Assembly (NCBI GenBank): GCA_902799285.1
Contig: CADCAA010000003.1
Location: forward strand, 38,215-102,214
From: an uncultured Pseudomonadota bacterium
Lineage (GTDB): Bacteria > Pseudomonadota > Alphaproteobacteria > Rs-D84
Direction: 5' to 3'
DNA: 64,000 nucleotides
Below the pieces are notes generated by a model. It was given only the letters and a program-made list of their open reading frames with translations, was not told the DNA's origin and ran no database searches. A program made the position numbers and the translations under genes. Positions 20,734 through 31,616 of the stretch are shown here, piece after piece (the first letter of the stretch is position 1; the number at the start of each line of letters is the position of its first letter).

Positions 20734-21216
20734 ATGAAAAACAAAATATTTACAGTTTTATTTGCGGTTATCTGTTTGCCAGCTTTGGCGAACGATACGA
20801 ATTTTACAAACTATGAAATGGACGATACGCCCCAATACGTCGATGATACGGGTATTGATTGGCATAAATTCAGTTCCGGTTATTTCGAATTGGACGAAAG
20901 TTCGCGCGGTCATGCGGCCGGATTAAATCCTGGCGATTGGCGTGCATTCTATCGTGACGAGACCGAGGTCCTGGGTACCGCAACATGCAATCAATATACT
21001 GAACCCGGATTGTTTACTGCGGCCGAAAAGCGCGGACCAAATTGTTGGTGCAAAATAATTGCAACAACCAAAGATATTCATAAAAATGCACCATCGAAAT
21101 GGATTTTACGTGGCGAATATGAAAACGCCGCTGAATGCGCACATATGTGCACGTATCGTTGTTCTTATAATTTCTTGGACGACCCCGATTTTCGTGGTGA
21201 AATATTTAATAAATAA
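20734..21216 (+). CDS. Hypothetical secreted Cys-rich protein
   Basis: Signal peptide MKNKIFTVLFAVICLPALA and eight Cys in the mature part. No family recognised. Confidence 0.5.
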   Translation: MKNKIFTVLFAVICLPALANDTNFTNYEMDDTPQYVDDTGIDWHKFSSGYFELDESSRGHAAGLNPGDWRAFYRDETEVLGTATCNQYTEPGLFTAAEKRGPNCWCKIIATTKDIHKNAPSKWILRGEYENAAECAHMCTYRCSYNFLDDPDFRGEIFNK

Positions 21217-21218
21217 AA

Positions 21219-21240
21219 AACCGGATTTTCCGGTTTTTAT
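21219..21240. terminator. Bidirectional terminator hairpin (AAAACCGG-ATTT-TCCGGTTTT) between convergent genes
   Basis: Palindromic hairpin flanked by A/T runs on both sides. Confidence 0.55.
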
Positions 21241-21701
21241 TTTTTTCTTTTTCTGAATTCATCCAATGATACCACCCTGCCATCATCCGGGACGGTGTTT
21301 TTATTTCCATCCAACGGCAATTCCATATCATTGTCCGCGGATTCAGGTTGTGATTTCGGATGAAATGTCAAAATAAAATCAACCGATGGATCTTTGAATT
21401 CAACCAAAGCCGAAAACGGCACACGAATAAAAAACGGCCGCCCATCAAATGTCAATTGCACACCAAATTCTTTGTCAGACACATGTAAATTATTATAAGA
21501 ATATTGCAACACAATCGTCATAATATCTGGATAACGCATACGCAAAAAGTCCGGCAATTGCACACCCGGGTCGCGCGTTTTAAATGTGATGAAAAAATGC
21601 GAACCATCGCCCAAACCATTTATCTGGGCATGAATCAATGCGTCCTTGACCACGGATTTCAATGCATTGTCCAATAAAAGTTGATAATCAATTCGTGCCA
21701 T
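21237..21701 (-). CDS. sspB: ClpXP adaptor SspB (alphaproteobacterial type)
   Basis: Resembles Caulobacter SspB-alpha: HFFITFKT..PGV.LP..L...YPD.MTIVLQ and a C-terminal acidic tail. Confidence 0.6.
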   Translation of the reverse strand: MARIDYQLLLDNALKSVVKDALIHAQINGLGDGSHFFITFKTRDPGVQLPDFLRMRYPDIMTIVLQYSYNNLHVSDKEFGVQLTFDGRPFFIRVPFSALVEFKDPSVDFILTFHPKSQPESADNDMELPLDGNKNTVPDDGRVVSLDEFRKRKK

Positions 21702-21717
21702 ATTTCCTTACCCTGAT

Positions 21718-22788
21718 TCACAGTATAGAATGAATTTCGCCATTATGGCAAGTGACAAATACGGCCCCCGGTACATCATCAAAAGACGATGCATCCAAAC
21801 CGGTCGCCCAAACTTGGGTATGTGTGTTTTCCAGTGTTGCAAAAATTTTCGCGCGTGCGGCCGAATCCAGATGGGCTGCGGCCTCGTCAAACAATACGAT
21901 ACAATCGCGTTTTGTTTTTGTGTGCAATAAATCTGTATGCGCCAAAATCAAATCAAATAACGCCGATTTTTGTTGGCCGGTACTGGTAAGGCGAACGGGC
22001 AAATCCAATTCATTGTTAAACATCCCAAAATCAGATTTGTGTGGCCCATCCAAAACCATTTTGTCATAAACCAATTCGCGATTTTGTGATAAATAATTTC
22101 TGTATTCGCGTTCGGCCACAGCGGCGGGTGCGCCCGATATAATCGTTTGTTCGACCATGCCATTTACAGACACACTGAACCGTTTCAGGAAATAATTAAC
22201 CTCGCCCGCGTATTGAACGCGCGTATTTGCAATTGCAACCGCCGCCGCCGCCAATTGGTCATCCAACGCGTCCAGCCATTTTGCATCCGCACCATTTTTT
22301 AATGCGAACGCACGTTCGGTCAAAAGTTTAGAAAATTTTGCGGTTCGCCCACTGTGATGTGAATCAAAATTGCTGGCCAATCGGTCAAAGAAAGCACGCC
22401 TGTCCGCAGATGCATCAACGAACAATCTGTCTTCCTTGGGCGAAATCCATACAATTCGCATAACGTTTCCCAAATCGTTCAATGACGTGTTTTCATCGTT
22501 TATCTTTGCGCGACGATTTGCGGCCCCCGCATTAAAATAAACACATACAGTATCGTCATCATCGGTTTTGCCAAACACAGAAAAATCGCCACCCCCTGAA
22601 AAACGTGCGATATCCGTCATATCAGCACCGCGCATACCTTTATCGCCCGACAACATAGATATTGCCTCTAATACTGCGGTTTTGCCGGCGCCATTTTCGC
22701 CAATTATGATAATATTCCGCGCGCCATTTGTATCAATACGCGACATTTTGTGATTACGGAAATCGGTCAGAGTTAAACTTTCAATCAT
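21718..22788 (-). CDS. recF: DNA replication/repair protein RecF
   Basis: Walker A GENGAGKT, an SMC-like signature (LSTGQQ) and a Walker B LLFDE. Start trimmed to MIESLTLTDF so that it does not overlap tRNA-Cys. Confidence 0.85.
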   Translation of the reverse strand: MIESLTLTDFRNHKMSRIDTNGARNIIIIGENGAGKTAVLEAISMLSGDKGMRGADMTDIARFSGGGDFSVFGKTDDDDTVCVYFNAGAANRRAKINDENTSLNDLGNVMRIVWISPKEDRLFVDASADRRAFFDRLASNFDSHHSGRTAKFSKLLTERAFALKNGADAKWLDALDDQLAAAAVAIANTRVQYAGEVNYFLKRFSVSVNGMVEQTIISGAPAAVAEREYRNYLSQNRELVYDKMVLDGPHKSDFGMFNNELDLPVRLTSTGQQKSALFDLILAHTDLLHTKTKRDCIVLFDEAAAHLDSAARAKIFATLENTHTQVWATGLDASSFDDVPGAVFVTCHNGEIHSIL

Positions 22789-22800
22789 TTTGGAATTATT

Positions 22801-22874
22801 TGGAGGCCAGGGTCGGAATCGAACCGGCATACAAGGATTTGCAGTCCTCTGCATAACCACTCTGCCACCTGGCC
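22801..22874 (-). tRNA. tRNA-Cys (anticodon GCA)
   Basis: The reverse complement GGCCAGGTGGCAGAGTGGTTATGCAGAGGACTGCAAATCC...GGTTCGATTCCGACCCTGGCCTCCA is close to canonical tRNA-Cys, with a U discriminator. Confidence 0.85.
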
Positions 22875-23026
22875 TTGTGAAATACGTGCTTGCATATTAA
22901 ACAAAATTTGGGGGCTTTGCAACATAAAATTTGTGATAAAAATCGGCATGTTTCAGGCATGTTTTTTTATTGCAAAAACGGGCTGTTTCCTATATAATTT
23001 ACCCAAAGAGCGTCGAGAGAGAATTA

Positions 23027-24355
23027 ATGAAAAAATCCATATTGTTTTTGGCATTATTGCCCGGGGTTGCGTTCGCAAATGATGATTGTGCGCGGTTGAA
23101 AACCGTGCCGGATACCACGCTTACATTGCCGATGGTGGTCAATTACGGTTTGTGCCGTAATCCGCAAACTGCGGCCGCATACGCATCGTATCGTGCATCG
23201 CATTTTAACAAAAACGCCGCGTATGCCAATTATTTGCCCAAGGTTGATGCACATGTGTCATCATCACGCAACCATCGTGTTCATGATGATTGGAATTACA
23301 GTGGTTCGCTGTCTGCGTCATATTTAATTTTTGATTTTGGAAAACGTTCGTCTGATTTCGCGGCAACATTGGCGACATATCGTGCGGCGGGATTTGATTA
23401 TGATGAAACGGTTCAAAATTATATTTATTCTGTGATTGGCGCGTATTATGAATTATTAAATGCTGATGCAAATGTAGATGCTGCGAATATGGCACTGACG
23501 GTCGCAAAAACCGCCAAAGATACCGCCGATAAAAAGTTCAAGGCCGGTGCCGTGGCCAAGGCCGACGTGTACAAGGCTGAAACAACATTGGCGTCCGCGG
23601 AATTAAAATTGGAACGCGCAAAAAATAATCGCGAAATTACCAAGGGAAATTTGCTGACAAAATTATCTTTCCCGGCCGACCAAGAAATCACAATCGCCGA
23701 TATGCCATCCAATTTTGGCAGTGATGCCGAAAGCAATGATATTGATAAGTTGATTGAAATTGCGCGTAAAAAACGCCCTGATTTATTAAAGGCGACCGCG
23801 AACCGCGACGCGGCATGGAATCGTCGTAATTCTGCGTTTTTGAAAAATTTACCGTCGATTTCCGTAACAGGTTCGGTTGATATGCGTGCGAATTCCGCCG
23901 GTGGTTTGTTTGAACATATGTCCGAACGTGCGGGTGGTTCGGTTGGAATATCTGTGTCTATGCCGATATTTGCGGGTTTTGCAAATATGTACAGTGCGCG
24001 TTCCGCGGTCGCAAATTATGATAATGCGGTGGAATCTGAACGTGCCGTGCAAAACAATGCAATGATGGATGTTTTTACAGCATATCAAAATTATAAAACT
24101 GCAAAAACGGTATTGGATCAAACGGATTCTTTATTGAAATCTGCGATTGAAAACGAACGCGTGACCAGTGGTATGTACAAGGTTGGACGCAGTACAATGT
24201 TGGATTGGCAACAGGCACAAAGCGATTTGATTGACGCGCGCAATCAAAATAACGCTGCAAAATATGATTTGTATGTCAAACGTGCCGCGGTGGCATTGGC
24301 GATTGGCGATATAGAAAGTGGGCTGGACGGAGAGATTGATGTTAAGCAAAATTAA
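23027..24355 (+). CDS. tolC: TolC-family outer membrane efflux protein
   Basis: Signal peptide and two TolC-like repeats. It is the first gene of a tripartite efflux operon. Confidence 0.8.
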   Translation: MKKSILFLALLPGVAFANDDCARLKTVPDTTLTLPMVVNYGLCRNPQTAAAYASYRASHFNKNAAYANYLPKVDAHVSSSRNHRVHDDWNYSGSLSASYLIFDFGKRSSDFAATLATYRAAGFDYDETVQNYIYSVIGAYYELLNADANVDAANMALTVAKTAKDTADKKFKAGAVAKADVYKAETTLASAELKLERAKNNREITKGNLLTKLSFPADQEITIADMPSNFGSDAESNDIDKLIEIARKKRPDLLKATANRDAAWNRRNSAFLKNLPSISVTGSVDMRANSAGGLFEHMSERAGGSVGISVSMPIFAGFANMYSARSAVANYDNAVESERAVQNNAMMDVFTAYQNYKTAKTVLDQTDSLLKSAIENERVTSGMYKVGRSTMLDWQQAQSDLIDARNQNNAAKYDLYVKRAAVALAIGDIESGLDGEIDVKQN

Positions 24356-25526
24356 GCAAATTTTATCGTGGCCTTTGCGCCACAAATGGTGGTCTTTGAT
24401 AATTATCGCCGTTGTTGTGATATTGTTTTTGATATTCGGTGGCACATCGAAAAAAAGCGGGGCCAAGGGCGATTTTGTGACTGTTGATATTAAACGCGGC
24501 GATTTGGAACAAGTGGTCAGTGCAACCGGTGAAATTATGCCTGTAAACACGGTCAGCGTCGGTTCCCAGGTTTCCGGCACAATCGAAGAAATTTACGCTG
24601 ATTATAATTCCCAGGTTGAACAAGGCCAAATATTATTAAAAATTGAACCGTCTGTATTAAAATCATCTGTGACCGAGGCTGGCGCGGCATTGGATTCTGC
24701 AAAATCACAAAGAAATTTAGCAAAAAGCGACTATATTCGTGATAAATCGTTGTATGCCGACGGCTTTATCGCGCGCGCAGAAATGGAAAAATCTCAATCT
24801 CAATACGAACAGGCCGAGGCCGCAGTCATCCGTGCGCAATCTCAGTATGACAAGGCTGTGACAAATCTTGGTTATGCAACAATTACATCTCCTGTAAATG
24901 GAACGGTTATCTCGCGCAAGGTTGATAAAGGCCAAACTGTTGCGGCATCTTTCCAAACGCCTGATTTGTTTGAAATTGCCGAAGATTTAACAAAAATGCA
25001 AATAGAAACTGCGGTCAGCGAGGCTGATATCGGTATGATTCAAACAGGACAACGCGTGACATTTACTGTTGATGCATATCCTGGCGATACATTTTCCGGT
25101 GTTGTTCGTCAAATCAGATTGTCGCCAACAACAACATCCAATGTGGTTGTGTACACTGTGGTAATTAATGTTGATAATGCGGATTTGCGCCTAATGCCGG
25201 GGATGACTGCGTTCGTCACAATAATTGTTAATCGTGCCGAAGATGTTTGGTATGCACAAAATTCTGCGTTCCTATTGCGTTCTTTTGAAAACATAGACGC
25301 CAATGCTGCGAACATATCAACGTCAGACCATTTGGCAATTTTGCGGGATAAACGGGTAATAATAATCCCGTACAAGAAGGGTCTGACTACGGCAACTGAA
25401 ACAGAAATCGTATCTGATAAAATAGAATCCGGCGATAAAATAATTGTTGGACGCGTTGGCCAGGCTTCATCATTGAAAAAATCTACGACACGCGGACGTC
25501 CAATGGGCGCCGGCGGTCCAATGTAA
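24339..25526 (+). CDS. macA: Periplasmic adaptor (membrane fusion protein, HlyD/MacA family)
   Basis: N-terminal TM, a coiled-coil hairpin, and a lipoyl/beta-barrel signature (VSPVNGTVISRKV). Confidence 0.75.
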   Translation: MLSKIKQILSWPLRHKWWSLIIIAVVVILFLIFGGTSKKSGAKGDFVTVDIKRGDLEQVVSATGEIMPVNTVSVGSQVSGTIEEIYADYNSQVEQGQILLKIEPSVLKSSVTEAGAALDSAKSQRNLAKSDYIRDKSLYADGFIARAEMEKSQSQYEQAEAAVIRAQSQYDKAVTNLGYATITSPVNGTVISRKVDKGQTVAASFQTPDLFEIAEDLTKMQIETAVSEADIGMIQTGQRVTFTVDAYPGDTFSGVVRQIRLSPTTTSNVVVYTVVINVDNADLRLMPGMTAFVTIIVNRAEDVWYAQNSAFLLRSFENIDANAANISTSDHLAILRDKRVIIIPYKKGLTTATETEIVSDKIESGDKIIVGRVGQASSLKKSTTRGRPMGAGGPM

Positions 25527-25539
25527 TTGGAAAATAAAA

Positions 25540-26286
25540 ATGGCGACCGGAACAAATGTAATTTCTATGAATAAAATCTGTAAAAGTTTCCCGCTGGAAA
25601 TTGGCGGCACACAACAGGTTTTGTTTGATATAGATATTAATATCAACACTGGTGAATTTGTATCAATTATGGGTCCATCGGGGTCTGGGAAATCCACATG
25701 TATGAATATTATTGGTGCGCTGGACAGTGCGACATCCGGCACATACAAACTGTACGGTCGTGATATATCGACAATGACGGCGGATGAATTAGCCCAGGTT
25801 CGTAATGAATATATCGGATTTGTTTTTCAAAATTTTAATTTATTACCCAAAAGAAATATTCTGGACAATGTAATGTTGCCGTTGATGTATCGTGGATTGG
25901 TTATGGATGAACGCATTCGTCGTGCGCGTGAAATGTTGAAATTGGTTGAACTTAGCGATTTTGAAACATATTTGCCGACACAATTATCGGGTGGTATGAA
26001 GCAACGTGTTGCAATTGCGCGTGCTTTGGCGGGCGACCCTAAATTGATATTGGCGGACGAACCGACGGGCGCATTAGATTCCAAAATGGGAAATGAAATT
26101 TTGCAATTTTTCAAAAAATTAAACCGGGATATGGGAATCACAATTGTTATGATTACCCACGAATTTGATATTGCAAAATATTCTGAACGATTGATTCACA
26201 TTTACGACGGCCGCATAACATACGATGGAAAAATTCCAAAATCTGAAAACGATTTAATGCCAAAAACGAAAAAGGACAAAAAATGA
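25540..26286 (+). CDS. macB: ABC transporter ATP-binding protein (MacB/LolD type)
   Basis: Walker A GPSGSGKST, the LSGGMKQRVAIARAL signature and a Walker B ILADEPTGALD. Confidence 0.85.
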   Translation: MATGTNVISMNKICKSFPLEIGGTQQVLFDIDININTGEFVSIMGPSGSGKSTCMNIIGALDSATSGTYKLYGRDISTMTADELAQVRNEYIGFVFQNFNLLPKRNILDNVMLPLMYRGLVMDERIRRAREMLKLVELSDFETYLPTQLSGGMKQRVAIARALAGDPKLILADEPTGALDSKMGNEILQFFKKLNRDMGITIVMITHEFDIAKYSERLIHIYDGRITYDGKIPKSENDLMPKTKKDKK

Positions 26287-27500
26287 CCTTTAACGATATA
26301 ATGAAAGAATCTTGGCTGTCCATCAGTGGCAATAAATTGCGTTCTTTTTTGACGGTATTGGGTATTATTATCGGCGTTATGGCGGTTGTGATAATGGTTG
26401 CGGTTGGCGAAACTGTGCAACAGGAAATTACAGACCAATTTTCGGCATTGGGGACAAATACAATTGTAATTCGTGCAGGTGCCGCGCGGGTTGGTGGTGT
26501 GCGTATGGGAAACAGACAAACATTAACAACCGATGATGCCGAATATTTGGCAAAAATGCCCGATATTGCCGCGGTCAGCCCTATGCAAATGACTGGGGTC
26601 CAGGCGGTATACGGAAATAAAAACTGGTCTACATCAATGATAGGTGTATATCCTGATTATCAAACTGTTCAAAATGTAGATGTTGAATATGGTGCTTTTT
26701 TGGATATGGATGCTATTAAAAACGCATCTACATACGCGGTTATTGGTCCAGATACGGCAAATGAATTAGGATTGCCATCCAATCCGGTCGGCGAAATAAT
26801 TCGTATTCAAAATACCCCGTTTGTTATCATTGGTATGACCAAGGCCAAAGGTGATTCCGCAATGGGCAGTGCCGACGATATGATAATAATTCCAATAACA
26901 ACATTAAAAAAACGCCTGTCGGGCAGTCGCTTTCCCAACGCGGTACAATCCATTGTGTTGAAATTATATCAAGACGCCGATAACAATATAGCAACCGAAC
27001 AAATTACCGCAATTTTGCGTTCTCGTCATAAATTAAAGGCCGACGAAGACGACGATTTTCAAATTACCGATATGAAACAGGTTATGGAAACAATGTCAAC
27101 GGTCACGGGTTATATCAAATTGTTATTAGTTGCAATTGCGGCGGTATCATTATTGGTCGGTTCAATCGGTATTATGAATATGATGTTGGTGTCTGTTGCC
27201 GAAAGAACCCGCGAAATTGGCGTGCGCAAGGCCATTGGTGCGCGTGAAAGAAATATTATTATACAATTCCTGTCGGAATCGGTTTTGATATCGTTTATTG
27301 GGTCTATGACGGGATTGGTGTTGGGCGAAGGATTGGCCCAGGGTATCGGTCGTTTTGCCCTAGGATATAATGTTCCTTTGAGTATTTGGCCCGTTGTGGT
27401 ATCTGTAAGTGTTGCAATTGTCGTGGGATTGGCATCTGGCGTTTTTCCGGCAATCAAGGCGGCAAAATTAAACCCGATTGATAGTTTACGCTATGAATAA
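26283..27500 (+). CDS. ABC transporter permease (MacB/FtsX type, large periplasmic domain)
   Basis: 405 aa with an N-terminal TM, a periplasmic domain and a C-terminal FtsX-like four-TM bundle. Translationally coupled to the ATPase. Confidence 0.8.
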   Translation: MTFNDIMKESWLSISGNKLRSFLTVLGIIIGVMAVVIMVAVGETVQQEITDQFSALGTNTIVIRAGAARVGGVRMGNRQTLTTDDAEYLAKMPDIAAVSPMQMTGVQAVYGNKNWSTSMIGVYPDYQTVQNVDVEYGAFLDMDAIKNASTYAVIGPDTANELGLPSNPVGEIIRIQNTPFVIIGMTKAKGDSAMGSADDMIIIPITTLKKRLSGSRFPNAVQSIVLKLYQDADNNIATEQITAILRSRHKLKADEDDDFQITDMKQVMETMSTVTGYIKLLLVAIAAVSLLVGSIGIMNMMLVSVAERTREIGVRKAIGARERNIIIQFLSESVLISFIGSMTGLVLGEGLAQGIGRFALGYNVPLSIWPVVVSVSVAIVVGLASGVFPAIKAAKLNPIDSLRYE

Positions 27501-27548
27501 ATAAAAACGCGCGTACGGTCAAAATAATGCAAATTCGGACTATATAAA

Positions 27549-28466
27549 ATGGCATATCTGTTATTTGTTCTTGGTTTGTTGTTATTGGTTGGTGGTGGTG
27601 AATTGCTGGTTCACAGTGGTATCGCATTGGCGCATAAATTACGCCTGCCCCCGCTGATTATCGGTATTGTGCTGATGGGTGTTGGAACATCTTTGCCGGA
27701 ATTATCGGCATCGCTAAGTGCGATATTATCAAATCCCCCTGCTCCTGGGATTGCATTTGGCAATGTAATTGGCAGTAATATAACAAATATTTTATTTATT
27801 TTGGGTTTATCGGCATTGATACATCCGATAATTATAAATCGTGAAAATTTCCGCAGGGATGGAATGTTTATTTTGATGTCGACGATAATGCTGGGGATTA
27901 TAATGGCATTTGGATATCTGGATTCAATCATAGGCATATTTTTATTGTTATTTATCACTGGATATTTCTTTATTTGCTATGAAAAACAAGAACACCAGGA
28001 ACAAAATGTCGGGCATCATATAAAACTCAGCAGATATACATGGGTTTTGGTCTTTTTATCGTTATTGGGTATTTGCGCAATAGTATACGGCGCAGATTTG
28101 TTGGTTGATACAGCATCTAAAATCGCAGATACATTTGGCATACCTAAATCTGTTATGGGATTAACATTGATTGCGTTTGGAACATCTTTGCCTGAAATTA
28201 CTGTGTCAACAGTCGCGGCAATTCATAAACAAAGTGCGATTGCTTTTGGTAATATCGTCGGCAGTAATATTGCGAACATATTTATGATTATCGGGACAAT
28301 GGGCGTTGTGCGTTCTGTTCCTGTTCCGCAAATATGGCCCAGTTTTTGGATTATGTCGGCCGCCACATTAGTATTGATGATTTGTGGCATCGCCAGAAAA
28401 ATACCCCGATGGGCCGGTTTATGTATGTTAATTGCATATGGATTTTATGTGTATTACGTGTTTTAA
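27549..28466 (+). CDS. Ca2+/Na+ antiporter (CaCA family, YrbG-like)
   Basis: Two internal alpha-repeat motifs (GNVIGSNITNI / GNIVGSNIANI) and ten TM segments. Confidence 0.75.
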   Translation: MAYLLFVLGLLLLVGGGELLVHSGIALAHKLRLPPLIIGIVLMGVGTSLPELSASLSAILSNPPAPGIAFGNVIGSNITNILFILGLSALIHPIIINRENFRRDGMFILMSTIMLGIIMAFGYLDSIIGIFLLLFITGYFFICYEKQEHQEQNVGHHIKLSRYTWVLVFLSLLGICAIVYGADLLVDTASKIADTFGIPKSVMGLTLIAFGTSLPEITVSTVAAIHKQSAIAFGNIVGSNIANIFMIIGTMGVVRSVPVPQIWPSFWIMSAATLVLMICGIARKIPRWAGLCMLIAYGFYVYYVF

Positions 28467-28467
28467 T

Positions 28468-29382
28468 TTACTTGCATAAATCTTGATATTGTGCAGATTG
28501 CCGAATATTTTTATGTATTTTGCTGCGAATATTTTCCAGCATTGGTGTATCACAATTCACCTGATGCGCACGAACAATTATTGTTTCATAGGCATATATA
28601 CCCTCAATCGTTCCTTTTAATTCTTTGTTATGTGCGATTGCGACACCACCGGAATAATTACGACTGGTTGGTGAGGTCGCCGACAGGAACAAATCGCCCA
28701 ATCCACAAAGCCCGGTAAATGTTTCGATTTTTGCACCTAATGCCAATCCAACCTTGATAATTTCATGACAGCACAGTGTGAAAATCATTGCGCGTTCATT
28801 TTCAGATGAAATTGTTTCGTGAATATATCCCGCAATCAATGCCATAATATTTTTACCAACACCCGCAATTTGTGTACCTATAACATCGTTTGTCGCGTCC
28901 AGATGCGCAAAATTTATTGTTTGCAAACCGGCCTCCATCACGCGCGGCGTTGTGCCCGCCAATGTGGAACCCGTTGGCGCACCGGCCGCAACTTCGCCCG
29001 CAAATTGTGGACCGGACAATACGCCAAAATCGACACAGTTCGGCAATTCGCTTTGTAAAATCTCACCCATAAATTCGTGCGTCTTGCTATCTGCGCCTTT
29101 GGTGCAAATAATAATCGGCTGATTATTGTAAACCGGCACAAACCGATGCATAGTTTCACGAAAATATGATGCAGGTGTCACATTTAACCATAAATCCGCA
29201 TTCGACAACGCATCCGGGTTTTGCACAATAACTAAATTCGACGGCATTGCAACACCGTCAAAATGCGCATATTCACCGTCAAATGACCACAGAATTACAT
29301 TTGCCCCTCCCCGTGCAATATTTATCGCCAGTGCCGTTCCCCACGCACCTGCGCCGATAATACCAACGGTTTTGTATAACAT
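28468..29382 (-). CDS. gpsA: NAD(P)H-dependent glycerol-3-phosphate dehydrogenase
   Basis: Rossmann motif GAGAWGTAL and a GpsA-like overall sequence. Confidence 0.85.
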   Translation of the reverse strand: MLYKTVGIIGAGAWGTALAINIARGGANVILWSFDGEYAHFDGVAMPSNLVIVQNPDALSNADLWLNVTPASYFRETMHRFVPVYNNQPIIICTKGADSKTHEFMGEILQSELPNCVDFGVLSGPQFAGEVAAGAPTGSTLAGTTPRVMEAGLQTINFAHLDATNDVIGTQIAGVGKNIMALIAGYIHETISSENERAMIFTLCCHEIIKVGLALGAKIETFTGLCGLGDLFLSATSPTSRNYSGGVAIAHNKELKGTIEGIYAYETIIVRAHQVNCDTPMLENIRSKIHKNIRQSAQYQDLCK

Positions 29383-31001
29383 TACTTAATCCTTTTTAAC
29401 TTTTTTTCCAATACGGGCTTTACCGATAATCCATCATCAGACAATTCAATCGCGCGCATATATGCATCCCGCGCCAATTTTTCATCCCCAGATTCCACAT
29501 ACATATCGCCCAAATGTTCAAATAATGCAGAACAAGAATTTGCAACCTCGCCTACCCTTTGCATTACATCCAACGCGGCTGACAGCCCTTCGCGGGCGCG
29601 CATAACATATCCCAATGTATCCCAAGTACATGTGTCCGTTGGCGCAAATTGAACCAATTGCAAACTGTACGCATATGCTTTGTCCAGGTTTTCTTTGCGT
29701 GCGGCCCACAGGCGTGCCTGGATACTGAACACATCTGGATCCGGTTTTTGCAGTAAAATGTTTGCAGAATCCAAATCTTTCTGTGATGCTTCAAAATCTT
29801 CGAAAATAAAGTTTACTTCCGAACGCATTTTATACATATATGCACGTGCACCGGTTGAAATATCAGGATTATTCAATGTGTCATCAATTGTCTTTAATGC
29901 ACCACGCTTATCACCCTTTTGTGTTTGCCAACCAACCAATAAATTAACCGCCGGCATAAACAACGGTTGTGCCTCAATCGCACGACGCACGGCGCGTTCA
30001 TTATGATTTAATTCGGCCAAGCGCAGATTCACAAAAGGATAATAAGGGCTTGATTTATCAATTTGGGCAAAATATTTATCGTAATTTCCCATATTTCCCA
30101 TCATATACAGTCCCGAATGATAATTCACAGCATCATTTTGAACCCGGTTTTCATCCGCCACATTTTTTGCAAAATGCAATAACAACAACGACAAATCAGA
30201 ATGCGTCATAAATTGCGTATGTGCCACAGTTTGGACTAAATTAAAAGATAACTGGTTTTTATATCCCGAATACACCGACCAATCCGGAATATCCGTATAT
30301 CCAATCATAAACATGCTGCCCGGTTTTGTTGTGAATTTTGTGCGCAGCAAATTCGCCTGGGCATCCAAATTATTATGCTTGTAAAACGACATCAAATACA
30401 GATAATCGTTTATATTCATAAATTCAGGTTTAACCTTTTCAAATGCGTCCACGGCTTTTTGCACCCTGCCCTGCTCGGCATAAATTTGTCCGCGCAGGAA
30501 CGCCTGCCACGATGGATTCGTGTCGGTTTTTTCGATAAATTTCATCGTTTCGGTTATGTGATTTATCGCAACCGCGGACCATATACGAAATGGCGCCATT
30601 AAACGCATACTATCGGTTTTGTGTCGTTTATATATTTCGGCCCATTTGTTGTTTTTTGCCAAATTTGCATCAACAATAACGCGCGCAACAATGGTTTTCT
30701 TCTTGTCCAAATTGGTCACGTCACCAGGTATGGTTCCGTTCAAAAAATCCGTCAGTGTGTGAATTTCTTCCACGGATTTATATTGCTTAGCGGATTCGTC
30801 AATACTGTCTAAAAACTCGTCCGCTTTGTCGAAATTATTCGTATACAAAGCGTGCTGAGCCGCCAAAAAAGCGCCATAACTGGTTGTTGGAACTTTTCCA
30901 CGCACGACTGTGGTGGTACCCGATGTGTGCAATAGGTGAAAAGCCACCAAACCGGCAACCAATCCCCCCGACACAAATAATAATGTTTTTATTGGTTTCA
31001 T
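29382..31001 (-). CDS. TPR-repeat protein with N-terminal TM/signal
   Basis: 539 aa with multiple TPR-like helical repeats. Confidence 0.5.
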   Translation of the reverse strand: MKPIKTLLFVSGGLVAGLVAFHLLHTSGTTTVVRGKVPTTSYGAFLAAQHALYTNNFDKADEFLDSIDESAKQYKSVEEIHTLTDFLNGTIPGDVTNLDKKKTIVARVIVDANLAKNNKWAEIYKRHKTDSMRLMAPFRIWSAVAINHITETMKFIEKTDTNPSWQAFLRGQIYAEQGRVQKAVDAFEKVKPEFMNINDYLYLMSFYKHNNLDAQANLLRTKFTTKPGSMFMIGYTDIPDWSVYSGYKNQLSFNLVQTVAHTQFMTHSDLSLLLLHFAKNVADENRVQNDAVNYHSGLYMMGNMGNYDKYFAQIDKSSPYYPFVNLRLAELNHNERAVRRAIEAQPLFMPAVNLLVGWQTQKGDKRGALKTIDDTLNNPDISTGARAYMYKMRSEVNFIFEDFEASQKDLDSANILLQKPDPDVFSIQARLWAARKENLDKAYAYSLQLVQFAPTDTCTWDTLGYVMRAREGLSAALDVMQRVGEVANSCSALFEHLGDMYVESGDEKLARDAYMRAIELSDDGLSVKPVLEKKLKRIK

Positions 31002-31027
31002 GACTTTTATATGTTAAAATAATCTTT

Positions 31028-31585
31028 ATGGAAAACCAAGATAAATTTAATTTATACAAAAAATTGTTGTGCGAATGGTCGACACGGATGAACTTGGTCG
31101 CGCCCAGTACGCTTTACGATATCGACAATCGTCATATTGCGGATTCTGCGCAATTGGCGGACTTTTTACCGAAAAATGCCGATATAATTGATATGGGGTC
31201 CGGGGCGGGATTCCCGGGGGTGGTGCTGGCTGTATTGGGGTGGCGTGTCACATGCATCGAATCGATTGGCAAAAAGGTTAAATTTTTGACCGCGGTTAAA
31301 AATGAATTACAGTTAGATAATTTAACCATTTATCACGGGCGGGTCGAAGATTATATTTCCCGGCTTTTGCCGGCCAAAAAGTATGTTTTTACGGCGCGCG
31401 CATTTGCGGCATTGTCTAAAATTTTGGATTATGTCAGCCCGGTCGATTATGAACTTTTTTTACTGAAAGGCGTTGGTGTTTTGAACGAAATTAACGTTGC
31501 AAAACAAAAATATCGCTTTGATTATGAATTGTTTCCGTCTAAAACCGGTGATGGTTTTATTACAATTGTTAAAAAATCCCGGTGA
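31028..31585 (+). CDS. rsmG: 16S rRNA m7G527 methyltransferase RsmG (GidB)
   Basis: SAM motif DMGSGAGFPG and an RsmG-like sequence, upstream of parAB. Confidence 0.85.
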   Translation: MENQDKFNLYKKLLCEWSTRMNLVAPSTLYDIDNRHIADSAQLADFLPKNADIIDMGSGAGFPGVVLAVLGWRVTCIESIGKKVKFLTAVKNELQLDNLTIYHGRVEDYISRLLPAKKYVFTARAFAALSKILDYVSPVDYELFLLKGVGVLNEINVAKQKYRFDYELFPSKTGDGFITIVKKSR

Positions 31586-31616
31586 TTTTATACATTTTGT
31601 TAAAAAAGGCCGGCAA

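Noticed and set aside
20715-20735. Extended -10 (TGTGATATAAT) immediately before the ATG at 20734, suggesting a leaderless transcript
   Set aside because: This AT-rich genome has many TATAAT-like strings. No -35 was found, and the spacing is too tight to call confidently.
21718-22860. RecF as a 380-aa ORF extending to 22860
   Set aside because: The extension overlaps tRNA-Cys (22801-22874). The conserved RecF N-terminus begins at MIESLTLTDF (22788).
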